Source of the DNA: Octopus vulgaris
Lineage: Eukaryota
Direction of reading: 5' to 3'
NCBI GenBank assembly: GCA_951406725.2
Contig: OX597814.1
Span: forward strand, 27,280,001-27,344,000
Length of the DNA: 64,000 nt
Shown here: positions 1-11,444 of the stretch, piece after piece
Position numbering within the stretch: the stretch's first letter is position 1
Layout: every line of letters begins with the position of its first letter
Position numbers and translations under genes: made by a program
Notes under the pieces: generated by a model
What the model saw: only the letters and a program-made list of their open reading frames with translations
Databases searched by the model: none
Told to the model about the DNA's origin: nothing

Positions 1-130
1 TCCAGCTGTAGAAACACTGCCAGATCAGACTGGAGCCTGGTGTAGCCTCCTGGCTTCCCAGACCCTGGTCGAACCGTCCAACCCATGCTAGCATAGAAAA
101 CAGACATTAAAAGATGATGATGATGATGAT
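1..130 (+). mobile_element. 3' end of family A retroposon with (GAT)n tail
   Basis: CCAACCCATGCTAGCATAGAAAACAGACATTAAA followed by (GAT)n; same end as the copies at 8205 and 16493. Confidence 0.85.
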
Positions 131-1194
131 TATTATTTATTCATTTTTTAATAAGTTTTACTCAGCTCCACATGACTCTGCTCATAGCATCTGAAGAGAT
201 GGACATGTCCTACAAACCTACAAAACTGTAACTTTGTAACTTATATGGGGCTGAGTCAGAATGTTATTCTGTGTACATCTGTGTATGGCGGGGGTATATG
301 CACACATGGATCTTGGTCAGAATTTTTAACCAGGAGTGTTTAGTTGTCCAGTCAACTGAGCTCTCATGTCCATTGAATTTGTCCGTGAGTGACTGAGTAT
401 TTCACAGAGATGTGTACTCTTGATGTAATATTTCTCAGGAGGAATCATTATGTCACTGTATCATAAAGCTGATCCTTTGAATGACAAGTACAATCCAACT
501 GGCAGACTTCCATGTAATTTCCATCTAGCCAATATCACTCACAAGGTATGGGGCAACTCAAGGTTACATAACATGACATTTCTCTAATAATCAAATGAGG
601 AACCATTTAAGTGATCCCTGAACAGACTAGACATAGCAGCTAAATCTCTGTCAAATCATACCTTGTCATTTTAAAAGAAAGAGAAGAACATATCAGATAG
701 AGTAGTTCTAAATAATAATTCTAAAAAAAAGGAAGATGGGATGGTCATAGTTAGAATGCTTTTGATCATGACTGCTAATTCAGAACCAACTTGTATCTAA
801 ACAACAAATGCATCAACAATCTGCTGACTATATTAAATTTCAATAATAGTTTTCCAAAATTCCATATTCAATCATGAAAAAATTGAGTTCATATTTTAAC
901 AATTCTATTTTTGTAAATGTAATTCAAAATACAAAACAATATTTTATAAAAGAAAAAAATGTTAAAATAATGACTGCAAAATGAAAAGAAGTTTTACATG
1001 CGTTTACTAGCTTTGTAAATCAACTTGTACAAAGAATTCTATCAGAGTTATGTGAGTGATCAATATAAAATATCAACCAAAATATTTCTATTTCATGAAG
1101 GATAATTTGAGATTATGAGATTCCTGAGGTAAACATGTGCATATGTCTTTTATAAAGTTATGTTCTGAACAATGGGTTGATGTATCTTTGTATT

Positions 1195-1500
1195 TTGTAC
1201 TTGTTTCAGTCATTGGACTGTGCTCATGTTGGAGCACCACCTTGAAGAGTATAGTCAAACAAATCAGGTCTGGTACTTATTTATCCCTTTTTGCCAAACC
1301 GCTCACTTACAACACAGATTGTTAGGTGGAGGCAACACACACACACATATACACAATGGGCTTCTTTCAGTTTCCATTTACAGAATCCATGCACAAGGCT
1401 TTGGTTAGTCTGAGGCTATAACAAAAGACCCAAGAAGTCATGCTGTGAAACTGAACCTGCAACTACATAGCTGGGAAGCAAGTTTGTTACTACATAGCCA
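1195..1500 (-). mobile_element. tRNA-derived SINE family B, diverged copy
   Basis: TACTTGTTTCAGTCATTGGACTG at the left end and a reverse-complemented tRNA-like head at the right; aligns by eye to 37388-37793. Confidence 0.75.
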
Positions 1501-2159
1501 TAAGTTACACATATTTTACTCAACACGTCCAAAATTTTAAATAATGACACACATAGGATATAAGGTAACAAATGGGTTAATGAGCAAACAAAATAATAAA
1601 TGATTGATTAAAACAAGAAATAGAAATAACATTTTATGAAGCATTAATAAGTTTTGTAATCAATTTGTGATGATTTAAGTTGGACAATCAAAAAAATTTA
1701 CATTTCATTCAGAGATGATCCAACGAACTAGTGGAAAATATTACATAAATGAAATATAAAAAAAGTAGTGTAATGTGGTGGTGGTGGTGGTGGCAGCAGC
1801 AGCTGCAGTAGTGGTAGTGGTGACAGCAGTGGCGGGGGTGGTGGTGTGATGGGTTCAATTAACCAGTCAATCTATCAATCAGTGTAAGAGTTAATTATTA
1901 TATAAACATTAAATTAGGTAATCAGCAATGCAAAATTCAATCTTATCTCAGCAACAAAATGCTATAAAGGGATTTCAGAGTAGGGTATCTTATTTTGGAT
2001 GAGATTAAACATGGTGGGTGGGGTAGGAAAGGGAAAAGATACGTCAAAAAATAATGAATTAAGTCATGAAAATAAAGTGTTTTAATGAAAGTGGTGTTGT
2101 TTAGCTTCAGGCTAATCCCAATTCAGCGGACTTATGATGAAAGGCATTGAAGTCATAAC

Positions 2160-2528
2160 CATGGTTGTCTGGTTAAGCAGCTCACTTTGCAACCATATGG
2201 TTATGGGTTCAGTCCCACTTCATGGCACCTACAGCATGCGTCTTTTATTATAGCCCCAGGCCAACCAATGCCTTCAGAGTGAATTTAGTAGACAGAAATT
2301 GTATGAAAGCCTGTTGTGTTTGTATGCGTGTTTGTTATCCCTCACCACTGCTTGACAATCAGTGTTGGTTCATTTACATTCCCATAACTTAGCAGTTCGT
2401 CAAAGGAGACTGAAGGAATAAGTAGCAGACTTAAAAGCTAAGTACTGGGGTTTATTTGTTTGACTAACATTTCAAGGCATTGCCCCAGCATGGCTGCAGG
2501 CAATGACTGAAGCAAGTAAAGGATAAAA
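2160..2528 (+). mobile_element. SINE family B, full length, diverged
   Basis: Head with B-box-like GGGTTCAGTCCC, internal TG tract, 3' end ATGACTGAAGCAAGTAAAGGATAAAAG. Confidence 0.85.
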
Positions 2529-2842
2529 GAAGATCCCAGTTACTTTGTTTTTGTTTTCTTTGCATTTTATTAAGAATCTGACATGAAAATACCCTGCATA
2601 GATTAGATTCTATCATCAACAGTCCTTTAATCCATTAACCCTTGGGCAAATGCTCCTACTCCAACTGCTTCACCATCATTGATATAAAGACATTTAAAAC
2701 CCTTAGTTATATCTACTGACTGATTAGAAAATAAAATTTAAAAACCTGGCATTATAACTGAATCAGTTATGAACTTCTGCCTTATTTCCTGAAAGACTCA
2801 TGCTCTTTGGAGGTTGAGTATACCTATTGCAAGGTCTAGTCA

Positions 2843-3184
2843 TTGTGGTGTGCTAGCTTGTGTGCTTCAATGACCCCTGAGAGCTATGTTAGTGGAACAT
2901 AAGCTCCAGCTAGGCCTCCCATGCTGAACAAGTCAAAGTACAGAGGACAGATTAATATGGATCACTTCTTACCAGAGGTAAAAATGGGTTTGCATAGGGC
3001 CAACACTCATATGTAGAAAAAAAGCAGTTACAGAAGCACTGATGATATTCCCTTAAGGAAACATCTCCAGGCACACAGATGAAGGTGCTCCCTGTCTATA
3101 CTGCAGGAGTGGCCCTGATAGTTCAGTTAGAGAAAAGTTGTCAATGGTCTGTGCTCCATAGCAAGCGAAGGGCTTTAATAAGTA
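2843..3184 (+). mobile_element. Bipartite RTE-derived non-autonomous retroposon (5' UTR plus 3' end)
   Basis: GCTTGTGTGCTTCAATGACCCCTGAGAGCTATG resembles RTE/Expander 5' ends as I recall them; GTCAATGGTCTGTGCTCCATAGCAAGCGAAGGGCTTTAATAAGT resembles RTE 3' ends. Second copy at 60240-60500. Confidence 0.55.
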
Positions 3185-3537
3185 TAATCTTTTGACTTGT
3201 CAGGGGATTATACTGTTCTGTGTTTGGAAGGCATCCAGCTGTGAAAACCATGCCCAGAATAACAACACAACAAGGTTAGCCAGTTTTCCTCTGTCTTTAT
3301 GTCAAATGACAAAGGATCATCATGAGTGGTGAGATGAAAAATGGTAACAAGTGGTAAAATAAAAGATCTTGGTGGACAGTGAGACATTGAGACACATCCA
3401 GTGCATGTCAGCATGGAAAAATGGACATACAATGATAATGACAATGATCTGTGAAACAATTGATTCACACACATAAAACTGTACAAGCTTCATATACCTG
3501 AACACCTAGCACTAATGTTCAATAATATTGACTCTTT

Positions 3538-3690
3538 CATCATCATCATCATCATCATCATCGTTTAGCATCCGCTTTCCATGCTTGCATGGGTTGGACA
3601 GTTCAACTGGGGTCTGGGAAGCCAGAAGGCTGCACCAGGCCCAGTCTGATCTGGCAATGTTTCTACGGCTGGATGCCCTTCCTAACGCCA
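3538..3690 (-). mobile_element. Family A retroposon, 5'-truncated
   Basis: (CAT)n then CGTTTAGCATCCGCTTTCCATGC through GGATGCCCTTCCTAACGCCA. Confidence 0.85.
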
Positions 3691-4551
3691 TAGTCTGAAA
3701 TAAAAACAAGATGGTTCCCCCAAGGCTACATCTTTGATCATTGGTTGGCTTCATAGATTTGCACCTGAAACTAAAACAGAACCCACTCTCTCTCTCTCTC
3801 TCTCTTTCCTCACATACAACCAAAATGGAATGTATATGTGTATCTGTGTGTGTGTAAGTGCATGTGCATGCATATGTGTGAAAGGAAGTTTAAAAGGTGT
3901 GAAGCTAAATTGCTCTAGATATTTTTGGGAGGGCTGCCATAGATTTGCTGAAGCAGAGCCTAAATATCGAATAAACAACAACAACTGAAGCAGAGTAAGG
4001 CTTAGTCTAAGTACACAGAGTCTACCTCGAGAAGAAAATTATACATCAAAACCCATTTCAAAACGAAAAAGTTTACACTAAAAAGTGAATCCAGCTGTAA
4101 AAACATGTTGCTGTTACCTACTCCTACAATTTTCAAAATGCCGAAAATTTGTAGGTTTTCCCCCCAAATCTTTGCCAATATGGAAACATATACACCAAAA
4201 ATATGGTCTAAGAAAACATTGGAGATGAAGATTAATTGAAAACCACATCGTTAAAGACCAGTGTTTATTGATATTTATGGTGATTGTTTCTATAATGTTA
4301 TGATAGTACAATTAAAAAAGCAAAATAATCCCTAAACTAAAAATTAATTCTAAATAGTTGGCCGCTGTTTGTTTACTTATGTCTACAGGAGCTAAGACTG
4401 AGAAAATACAAACTAGTCTTACTGGGTTTGGCACTTTAGAGAAGCATTCAACTGTAAAAGAACATACTGAGAGAACATGGAGCTTCTATGCGGTCATTTG
4501 ACCTGCTAGAAATAGTAGCTAAATCTTTCTCAAATTACACTACTGTCTTAA

Positions 4552-4765
4552 TCCTTTAGCATTCAAACCGGCCATATCCGGCCTAAATATTCTACCAGTT
4601 TTTATGTTAAAACTGGCCAGATCTAGCCTCTCACACCTAACCTACAATGACTTTCGAAAAGTAAATAATCACATCATGAAAATGTCTTAGCTACGAGATG
4701 GTTAATTCAAAGCAATGTGAATAAGCAAGCAGAGCATTTGATAGAGTAATCTGAATGCTAAAGGG
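4552..4765. mobile_element. piggyBac-type MITE inserted in a family F dispersed repeat
   Basis: TTAA at 4548-4551 and 4766-4769; TIRs (T)CCTTTAGCATTCA / TGAATGCTAAAGGG; related copies at 18457, 30991 and 34781. Confidence 0.85.
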
Positions 4766-5614
4766 TTAAAGGACAGGCATATTGGATAATATTGTTGGAA
4801 GATACTATCAGACAAGTCAAAATAGCCGCAGCTAGAATGCTTTTGATCATACGTTTCCTCAATTAAAGCTGGCTAGGAAAAAACAAAACCAGCAACACAT
4901 AACTTTAATAATCTACCCACATGAATATCAGAATGATAGGAATAGGCATAGCTATGGGGTTAAAAAGTGTGCTCCCTAACCATGTAGCTTTAGGTTTAGT
5001 TCCATTACATGGCACTTGAGCAAGTGTCTTCAACTTTAGCTCTGAACTGATCAAAGCTTTACGAGTGGATTTGGTAGACGGAAACTGAAAGAAGCCCATT
5101 GTGTGAGTGTGTGTGCCTCTTCGTCATGACATTGTGTGTTAGTTGTAAATAAGTATCACCAACATACAAGCAGTATCATTTGCTTCTAATCTTCTCTGAA
5201 AACATATCCAGTCATGGGGAAATACTACCTTGCTTGAAACAAGTAAGGGTTGTGGCCACAGGAAGGGTATCCAGCCCTAAGAAATCTGCCTGAACAAAAT
5301 CAATCTGGAGGGGGGAGAAAAGAGAAGGAGGAGGAGAAGGAGGCAGGTAAAATAGAATTTCATTGGTAACCTGCTCATTGAATTAAGTGCTGAATAAATC
5401 AGACACATGTACTCTCTCAACATAATTCTCATTCAGAATCAGTATGAGACACAGTGACAATTACAGGTACAACCCATCAGAAGAGCTTCCACATAGCTTC
5501 CATTCACAAGACTTTGATCAAGGCTATGGTTCATTGCTATGATACATGACAACCAAGATGCAATGGCATCAAATCCTAGATCTCATGCCAGGCTACATTC
5601 ATCAGCTGTACTAT

Positions 5615-6900
5615 GCAACATCAACATCATTTTAACCCTTGTTTTTTTTTTTCCCCGTTTGGTATGGGTTGAACAAGTTTACCAACTCAGTCTTTCCTTA
5701 TAGCTTCTGAAAAGCCTAGCATTTTAAGCTCTGGCCTAACAACTTTTGCCCAATATTTTTTTTAATCTTCTTTCATGTGTGCTCTTTACTTGGCCCTTTT
5801 TCACTCAGTACACATTGTGCATACTAGTACAATCATCGTTCCTGCACACTCCAGCAGATTACCTTAATGCTTAACCATTCTATCAGCTCACATGATATTG
5901 AACCCCCATCTGTCTCTTTCTTAAACATTGAATACAGACACTTCGAGATGTACTTTCACTTTTAAACTAACACTTTAATCTTTGCCAACCGATAAGACAA
6001 TCCACAGAAGAGTTCAATTGTTAAGTTTCATCACCACAAAGTGTAGGAAGAATTTAACATTTCAATCTCTTGTCTTTCATATCTGAATGAAGAAAAGAAA
6101 GTAACATCATCACTTTGACTGTAGGCTAATATAGGCCTTGGAATCTAGCTTATACTTCCAAGATTGGGATCTTTTTTCTGCAACGCTTCAACAAATTCTG
6201 AGATGTGGACTATGTTATCAGCTTGAAAGATCCTCAAATCAAAACATAGAAGAAATACACAAGGGATGTGGACAGTGTCCAGATAACAACTACTTATATA
6301 CTAAATTCCCACAGAAATCACTGCCAGACTGAATTTTGCAATAACCACCATCCTAAAGAGACCACATAGCTTTCTTGCACTACCCATCTACCCCAAGTTT
6401 CCTTACCACTCACCAGACGAAGTCAAAAGCCTTCTACAGATCAATACAAAGCAGAATAATTTGTTCATAGCTAACAACTTTTCTTACAGATGTCTAGTTT
6501 CACAAGAAATATGACATCCATGGTTCCATATCCTAGCAAAAACCCAAACTGCATCTCACTGAAGCTACTTCAGTTCCGTAGTAATCTTCCTAAAATTCCT
6601 TGGCTACTTTTAAGACATAGTTCATTAGTCTAAGACCTCTGCAGCAGTCATTAGAAATAACTTCTTCCTGATTGCCTAAGCAAGTAAGTAGCATGTGACC
6701 TACATATTCTCTTATGCTGCCAACATTTCAGTAGCAGTCTTTTCAAGCAGCTTCTTTTTTCTACTTTCATCTCCTTAATAGCTTCAATAATCATAGCCAA
6801 ACCAGTCTCTGGTAGTTGATTCCTCTGTTGTTTCACTATCATCCTTGTGTTCTTCAGTCAGCAACATCTAATAGTCACACTGCCATGATCTTGTTTCTTA
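5615..6900 (-). mobile_element. Decayed RTE-clade LINE (RT and C-terminal remnant)
   Basis: Minus-strand translation gives EMQFGFLLGYGTMDVIF (cf. QFGFMPGRGTTDAIF) near 6510-6560 and IDL*KAFDFV (cf. VDLEKAFDRV) near 6415-6450; many stops and frameshifts. Confidence 0.8.
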
Positions 6901-7058
6901 CCACCAACTGATATAAGAAGGGAGGTGTTATATACCACAATTCATGAAGAAAAGCTTCATTGGTTATAAGTCTTGCACCGGGTTACAAATACTCCCTTGT
7001 CACCCATTCAATCAGAAATGCAGTCAACTGGTGATTGGACTAAAACTTGTGTGCGTAA

Positions 7059-7089
<31 letters not shown>

Positions 7090-7186
7090 ATATATATATA
7101 TATATATACATATACACATATAATTATATACACACACACCTATATGCACATATACACACACACACACACATACATTCATATATATA

Positions 7187-7368
7187 TCATCAGCAGCAGC
7201 AGCAGCATTGTTTAACATCCATTTTCCAGGCTGACATGGGTTGGACGATTTCACTGGGGACTGGCAATCCAGGGGGCCACACCAGGCTCCGGTCCGATCT
7301 GGCAATGTTTCTACAGCTGGATACCCTTCCTTATGCCAATGACTCTGAAAGTGTAGTGGGTGCATTTT
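7187..7368 (-). mobile_element. Family A retroposon
   Basis: CAT/CAG tail, GTTTAACATCCATTTTCC through GGATACCCTTCCTTATGCCAA. Confidence 0.8.
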
Positions 7369-7499
7369 AGTCTCCTTTACAGAGAATTAGAAATAATGAT
7401 ATTTCTATTTTTGAAAACCAGTGGATGTATTTCACTGAATTTAGGTAAATAATCCTTCAAACAGTCGGTCAGCAGCCACACCTGCTGGGTTCCGCTACA

Positions 7500-7540
7500 C
7501 CACATTGATAAGAGGCAACTACCTCGAAACTAGTCTGTGG
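7500..7540 (+). ncRNA. Minimal type I hammerhead ribozyme motif (U3-A8 variant)
   Basis: CCACA-TTGATAA-GAGG caacta CCTC-GAAA-CTA-GTC-TGTGG: stem I CCACA/TGTGG, stem II GAGG/CCTC, GAAA, palindromic stem III ACTAGT, GUC cleavage triplet. Confidence 0.75.
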
Positions 7541-7731
7541 ATGCCAGACCACAAGGGGAAGCTGCTGACCTCCCCAGTTCGAAGGTTATAATGACACAGG
7601 TTTCTGTGTCACATAGCTAGTTAGAGATGATGGCCTCTTGGAGCTAATCAACGGCAGCATTCGTCCTATTTTTCTGGACTGCCATGTCAGCTTGGCGATA
7701 ACAATCAATATATCATATATATATATATATA

Positions 7732-8023
7732 TCACATGATCACGTGACCGATGTTGTTACACATCGCTGGTCACAATGCGTTCGCATTGTTTTAGCCTTC
7801 GAATGACGCCACCCCACTGGCTAAGCGAGCAGGCCAACAGAAGGAAGAGTGGGAGAAAGTGTGGTGAAAGAGAACAGCAGGGATCACCACCCCCTGCCGG
7901 AGCCTCGTGGAGCTTTTTAGGTGTTTTCGCTCAATAAACACTCACAACGCCCGGTCTGGGAATCGAAACCGTGATCCTACAACCGTGAATCCGCTGCCCT
8001 AACCATATGGAGCCATTGCGCCT

Positions 8024-8026
<3 letters not shown>
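7732..8026 (-). mobile_element. tRNA-derived SINE family C, short-tail variant
   Basis: Minus-strand head GGAGGCGCAATGG...GGTTTCGATTCCCAGACCGGGCG (A/B boxes); flanked by (TA)n; same tail as 29315-29610. Confidence 0.9.
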
Positions 8027-8072
<46 letters not shown>

Positions 8073-8110
8073 TATGTATGTATATTATATATATATTATA
8101 TATTCTAGCA

Positions 8111-8157
8111 AAAACTGTCCGATGAACAGCAATGGGAAACTCAGAGTAACAGGTTTT
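8111..8157 (+). ncRNA. Degenerate type I hammerhead-like motif (Penelope-like element end)
   Basis: AAAACTGT-CCGATGA-acagcaatgg-GAAA-CTCAGAG-TA-ACAGGTTTT; stems I and III present, U4 replaced by C, stem II eroded. Confidence 0.5.
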
Positions 8158-8204
8158 GTTGAATTTTCTGCTGCTTTAAATAAAGTATATGTATATATAT
8201 ATAT

Positions 8205-8635
8205 GTCGAAACTCTGCTTGTGAAGACCCATTGAGGCAAGTGAGGATCAGAATCGAAATCGATCAATGGAAATTGCAGATGTGTTACCAGTGCCGGTGGC
8301 ATGTAAGAGAACTTTCCGTTTCGCGACCGTTGCCAGCACCGCCCCGTTTCGTGTCCGTTGCCAGCCTCGCCTGGCCCTCGTGCCGGTGGCACATAAAAAG
8401 CACCATCCGTTCGTGGCCGTTTGCCAGCTCTGTCTGGCACCAGTGCGGGTGGCACGTAAAAAGCACCCACTACACTCACGGAGTGGTTGGCGTTAGAAAG
8501 GGCATCCAGCCGTAGAAACACTGCCAGATTTGACTGGGCCTGATGAAGCCTTCTGGCTTCACAGACCCCAGTAGAACCGTCCAACCCATGCTAGCATGGA
8601 AAACGGACGCTAAATGATGATGATGATGATGATGA
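8205..8635 (+). mobile_element. Family A retroposon, long young copy with internal ~60-bp tandem units
   Basis: About three units of GTGCCGGTGGCACGTAAAAAGCACC..., then GTTGGCGTTAGAAAGGGCATCCAGCCGTAGAAAC and a (GAT)n tail; CpGs retained. Confidence 0.9.
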
Positions 8636-9051
8636 TATATATATATACATACACACACACAAAAATATATATACATATATATATATACACACACACACAG
8701 ACATATATATATACACATATACACAAATATATATATATATATACACACACACACATGTATATGACGGGCTGCTTTCAGCTTCCATCTAGCAACTTCACTC
8801 ACAAGGCTTTGGTCAGCCCAAGGGAATAGCAGAAGACACTTGCCCAAGGTACCATGCAGTGGAACTGAACCCAGAGCCATGTATTTGGGAAGCAAGTTTC
8901 TTACCACACCACCTATATACCTACACACACACATATAGATAGATAGATATACACATATACACACACATATATATATACATACAAACATATGCACACATCT
9001 ATACATACATATATGTATTAATGTGGATGTACATGTGTGTGTGTGTGTGTG

Positions 9052-9110
<59 letters not shown>

Positions 9111-10574
9111 GTGACAACAGCTTCTATATAGTTTCTGTTAACCAATAAAGAAAGCTGTCTAACCTAAACCTACCAAGTCCAAATCTTGTCAGAGATGATT
9201 TTACACTTATCTCTAAAAGATCAAGTCAGTATTAATATATATTCTAGGGAACTGATTTAATCCACTTCAACCAATCAGTCCCACACAATTCGACTTTATT
9301 ATACCAATAAACTACTAATATTTGAGTAATACTGTAGAACGGAAAACAAAAAACAATGAAAAACAAAAGCAATACCACCACTAACAACAACAACACACTA
9401 CACAAAAAAATCAGAATTGATGGACTTCATTTGAACACATTCAAAATATTAATTTCCTTCCAGAAAACGACAAACCGAATATGATGGAAATGAGTTAATA
9501 AGTAAATTAATGATGTTTATAGGAGAAATACTACTTCATATAATTTTAATTAAAAAAAAATTATTTGAAGATTTGCTTTCTTTCTTGTCCCCTGCAATAT
9601 TTGGCTATAATTGGTGTTTGTGACTGATGATGGTACCGTTATTACTATACATATATTTTCCTATTCATATCTAAATGCATTTACAATTATTTTTATTACA
9701 TTTTATTATTACTATTGTTGTTGCTATTGGTATTATTACTATCATTATTATTATTATTACTACTATTACTACTAGCTAATCTACCCATCTACAATAGAGG
9801 AATAAAATGAGGGAGAGAAGCCATAACAATAGTATGTATTGAGAAATGTGTGAATGGACTTGATAGATTACTGGGTGATGTCTTTGAGAAATCATGTTAT
9901 TGTTGCTGATACAGTATTTTATTGCAGCCATATGATGTCTTTGCAACTAAGTGACATATGATAATGATTCACTCCCGAACTGAAATAGGCTCCCAGTCGC
10001 AGTATCATGAATGGTTATGTGGATCACTCCTAAAGAAAGCCAGAGCTTCCTTCGACCACTACATAAAAAGTATTAAGAAAAAAATGTTATTTAGATATAC
10101 TTTTATTTTAGTTGTTTACACTATTTTACGCTGGTTTATACTCTTATACATTCAAATTTCACAAATTTCCTTATTTAAATTATGAATCATATTCCTTTCA
10201 ATAATATCAATATGATTGCAAAACTTCTTTGTAGATTATACTTTCTGTTTAGTCAACATCAATTTTCAAATTACTGGAGTTCATTGCTCTACTCATAGTG
10301 ACATATAACTGGCTGTGTGTAAACATCAGAGTGGGTAAAAATACACCTACATGATCTAAAGTTTGGCCCTGTGTTTTGTTTGCTGTGAATGCATGAGTGG
10401 AATCTTTAGGGTTACAAAAACACAAACTAAGACGTTACCTCTCACTGTTCTATGTGAATTATGTCTGGATGTTCTGGTACCATGGGTTATTTTGATTGAC
10501 AAAACTGAGATGTAAACAACAGCCACGTCAATTAGCCATTTCTAATCCTGTTCAAGACTGACACACTTCAATAA

Positions 10575-11412
10575 CCACTAAATAATCACATCCACTATAT
10601 ACTGACATACTTTTTCCATTTTATTTCCGCTTTTAACCATCCTCGCAACCCTGCTTTGTATCTATGATGGGGCCACAGACTATATGATGAAAATCCAGAG
10701 TTACTCATGGTCAGTGAATTTTTAATAAAAATGCAAAGGTGGTTTATCAATTCAAAGTCAATATCCACAAAATAATTATACTGATCTTTTAATGCTAAAA
10801 ACCATCCAAACAACCATCTTTGTAATCCTGAAAAATATCGTAACCATTGGTTTGTCTGGCCGCAAAGAGGGAACAGACAAAGAGACGGACAGACAGACAG
10901 ATGGACATAGTGCCCATTATAGTAAGATAGCAAATCTGCCCATCTACAATGTGAAATAAAGGGATAGTATCTCAAATCTAAACCCTCTAAATTCACAAAC
11001 TATACAGGGGGAAATCAAGAGTTAATCCTCGTTGCCAGAATTTTAACAAAAAAAAATCAAAGGTGATTTCATCATCATCATCGTTTAACGTCCGTTCTCC
11101 ATGCTAGCATGGGTTGGACGGTTTGACCGGGGATCTGGGAAGCCAGAAGGCTGCACCAGGCCCAGTCTGATCTGGCAATGTTTCTACAGCTGGATGCCCT
11201 TCCTAACGCCAAACACTCCGTGAGTGTAGTGGGTGCTTTTTACGTGCCAAAACTCATTATCCACTAAATAATCATGCTTTTTCAGATTTTTTTTCACTAA
11301 AATTCTTTCTGATTACCTCCTTTGTAATCCTGAAAAACATTGTGACCATTGGTGCAGCCATTTAACTATGAAGAAGGAACAGACAAACAAACAGACATAA
11401 CACCCATCATAT

Positions 11413-11415
<3 letters not shown>
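10575..11415 (-). mobile_element. Two adjacent, diverged probable non-autonomous Helitron copies
   Basis: Shared blocks (TTTGTAATCCTGAAAAA..GTAACCATTGGT; GGAACAGACAAA..GACAGACA) occur twice; the minus-strand start ATCTTACTATAAT plus a (CTGT)n tract resembles Lep1-type Helitron 5' ends. Confidence 0.45.
11070..11249 (-). mobile_element. Family A retroposon nested in the Helitron-like repeat
   Basis: (CAT)n CGTTTAACGTCCGTTCTCCATGCTAGC through TTTTACGTGCCA; host repeat resumes on both sides. Confidence 0.9.

Positions 11416-11444
<29 letters not shown>

Noticed and set aside
8141-8584. 100-150 aa GC-rich ORFs here and at 16432-16806 and 17700-18008
   Set aside because: Translations of family A retroposon sequence, recurring wherever the repeat occurs.
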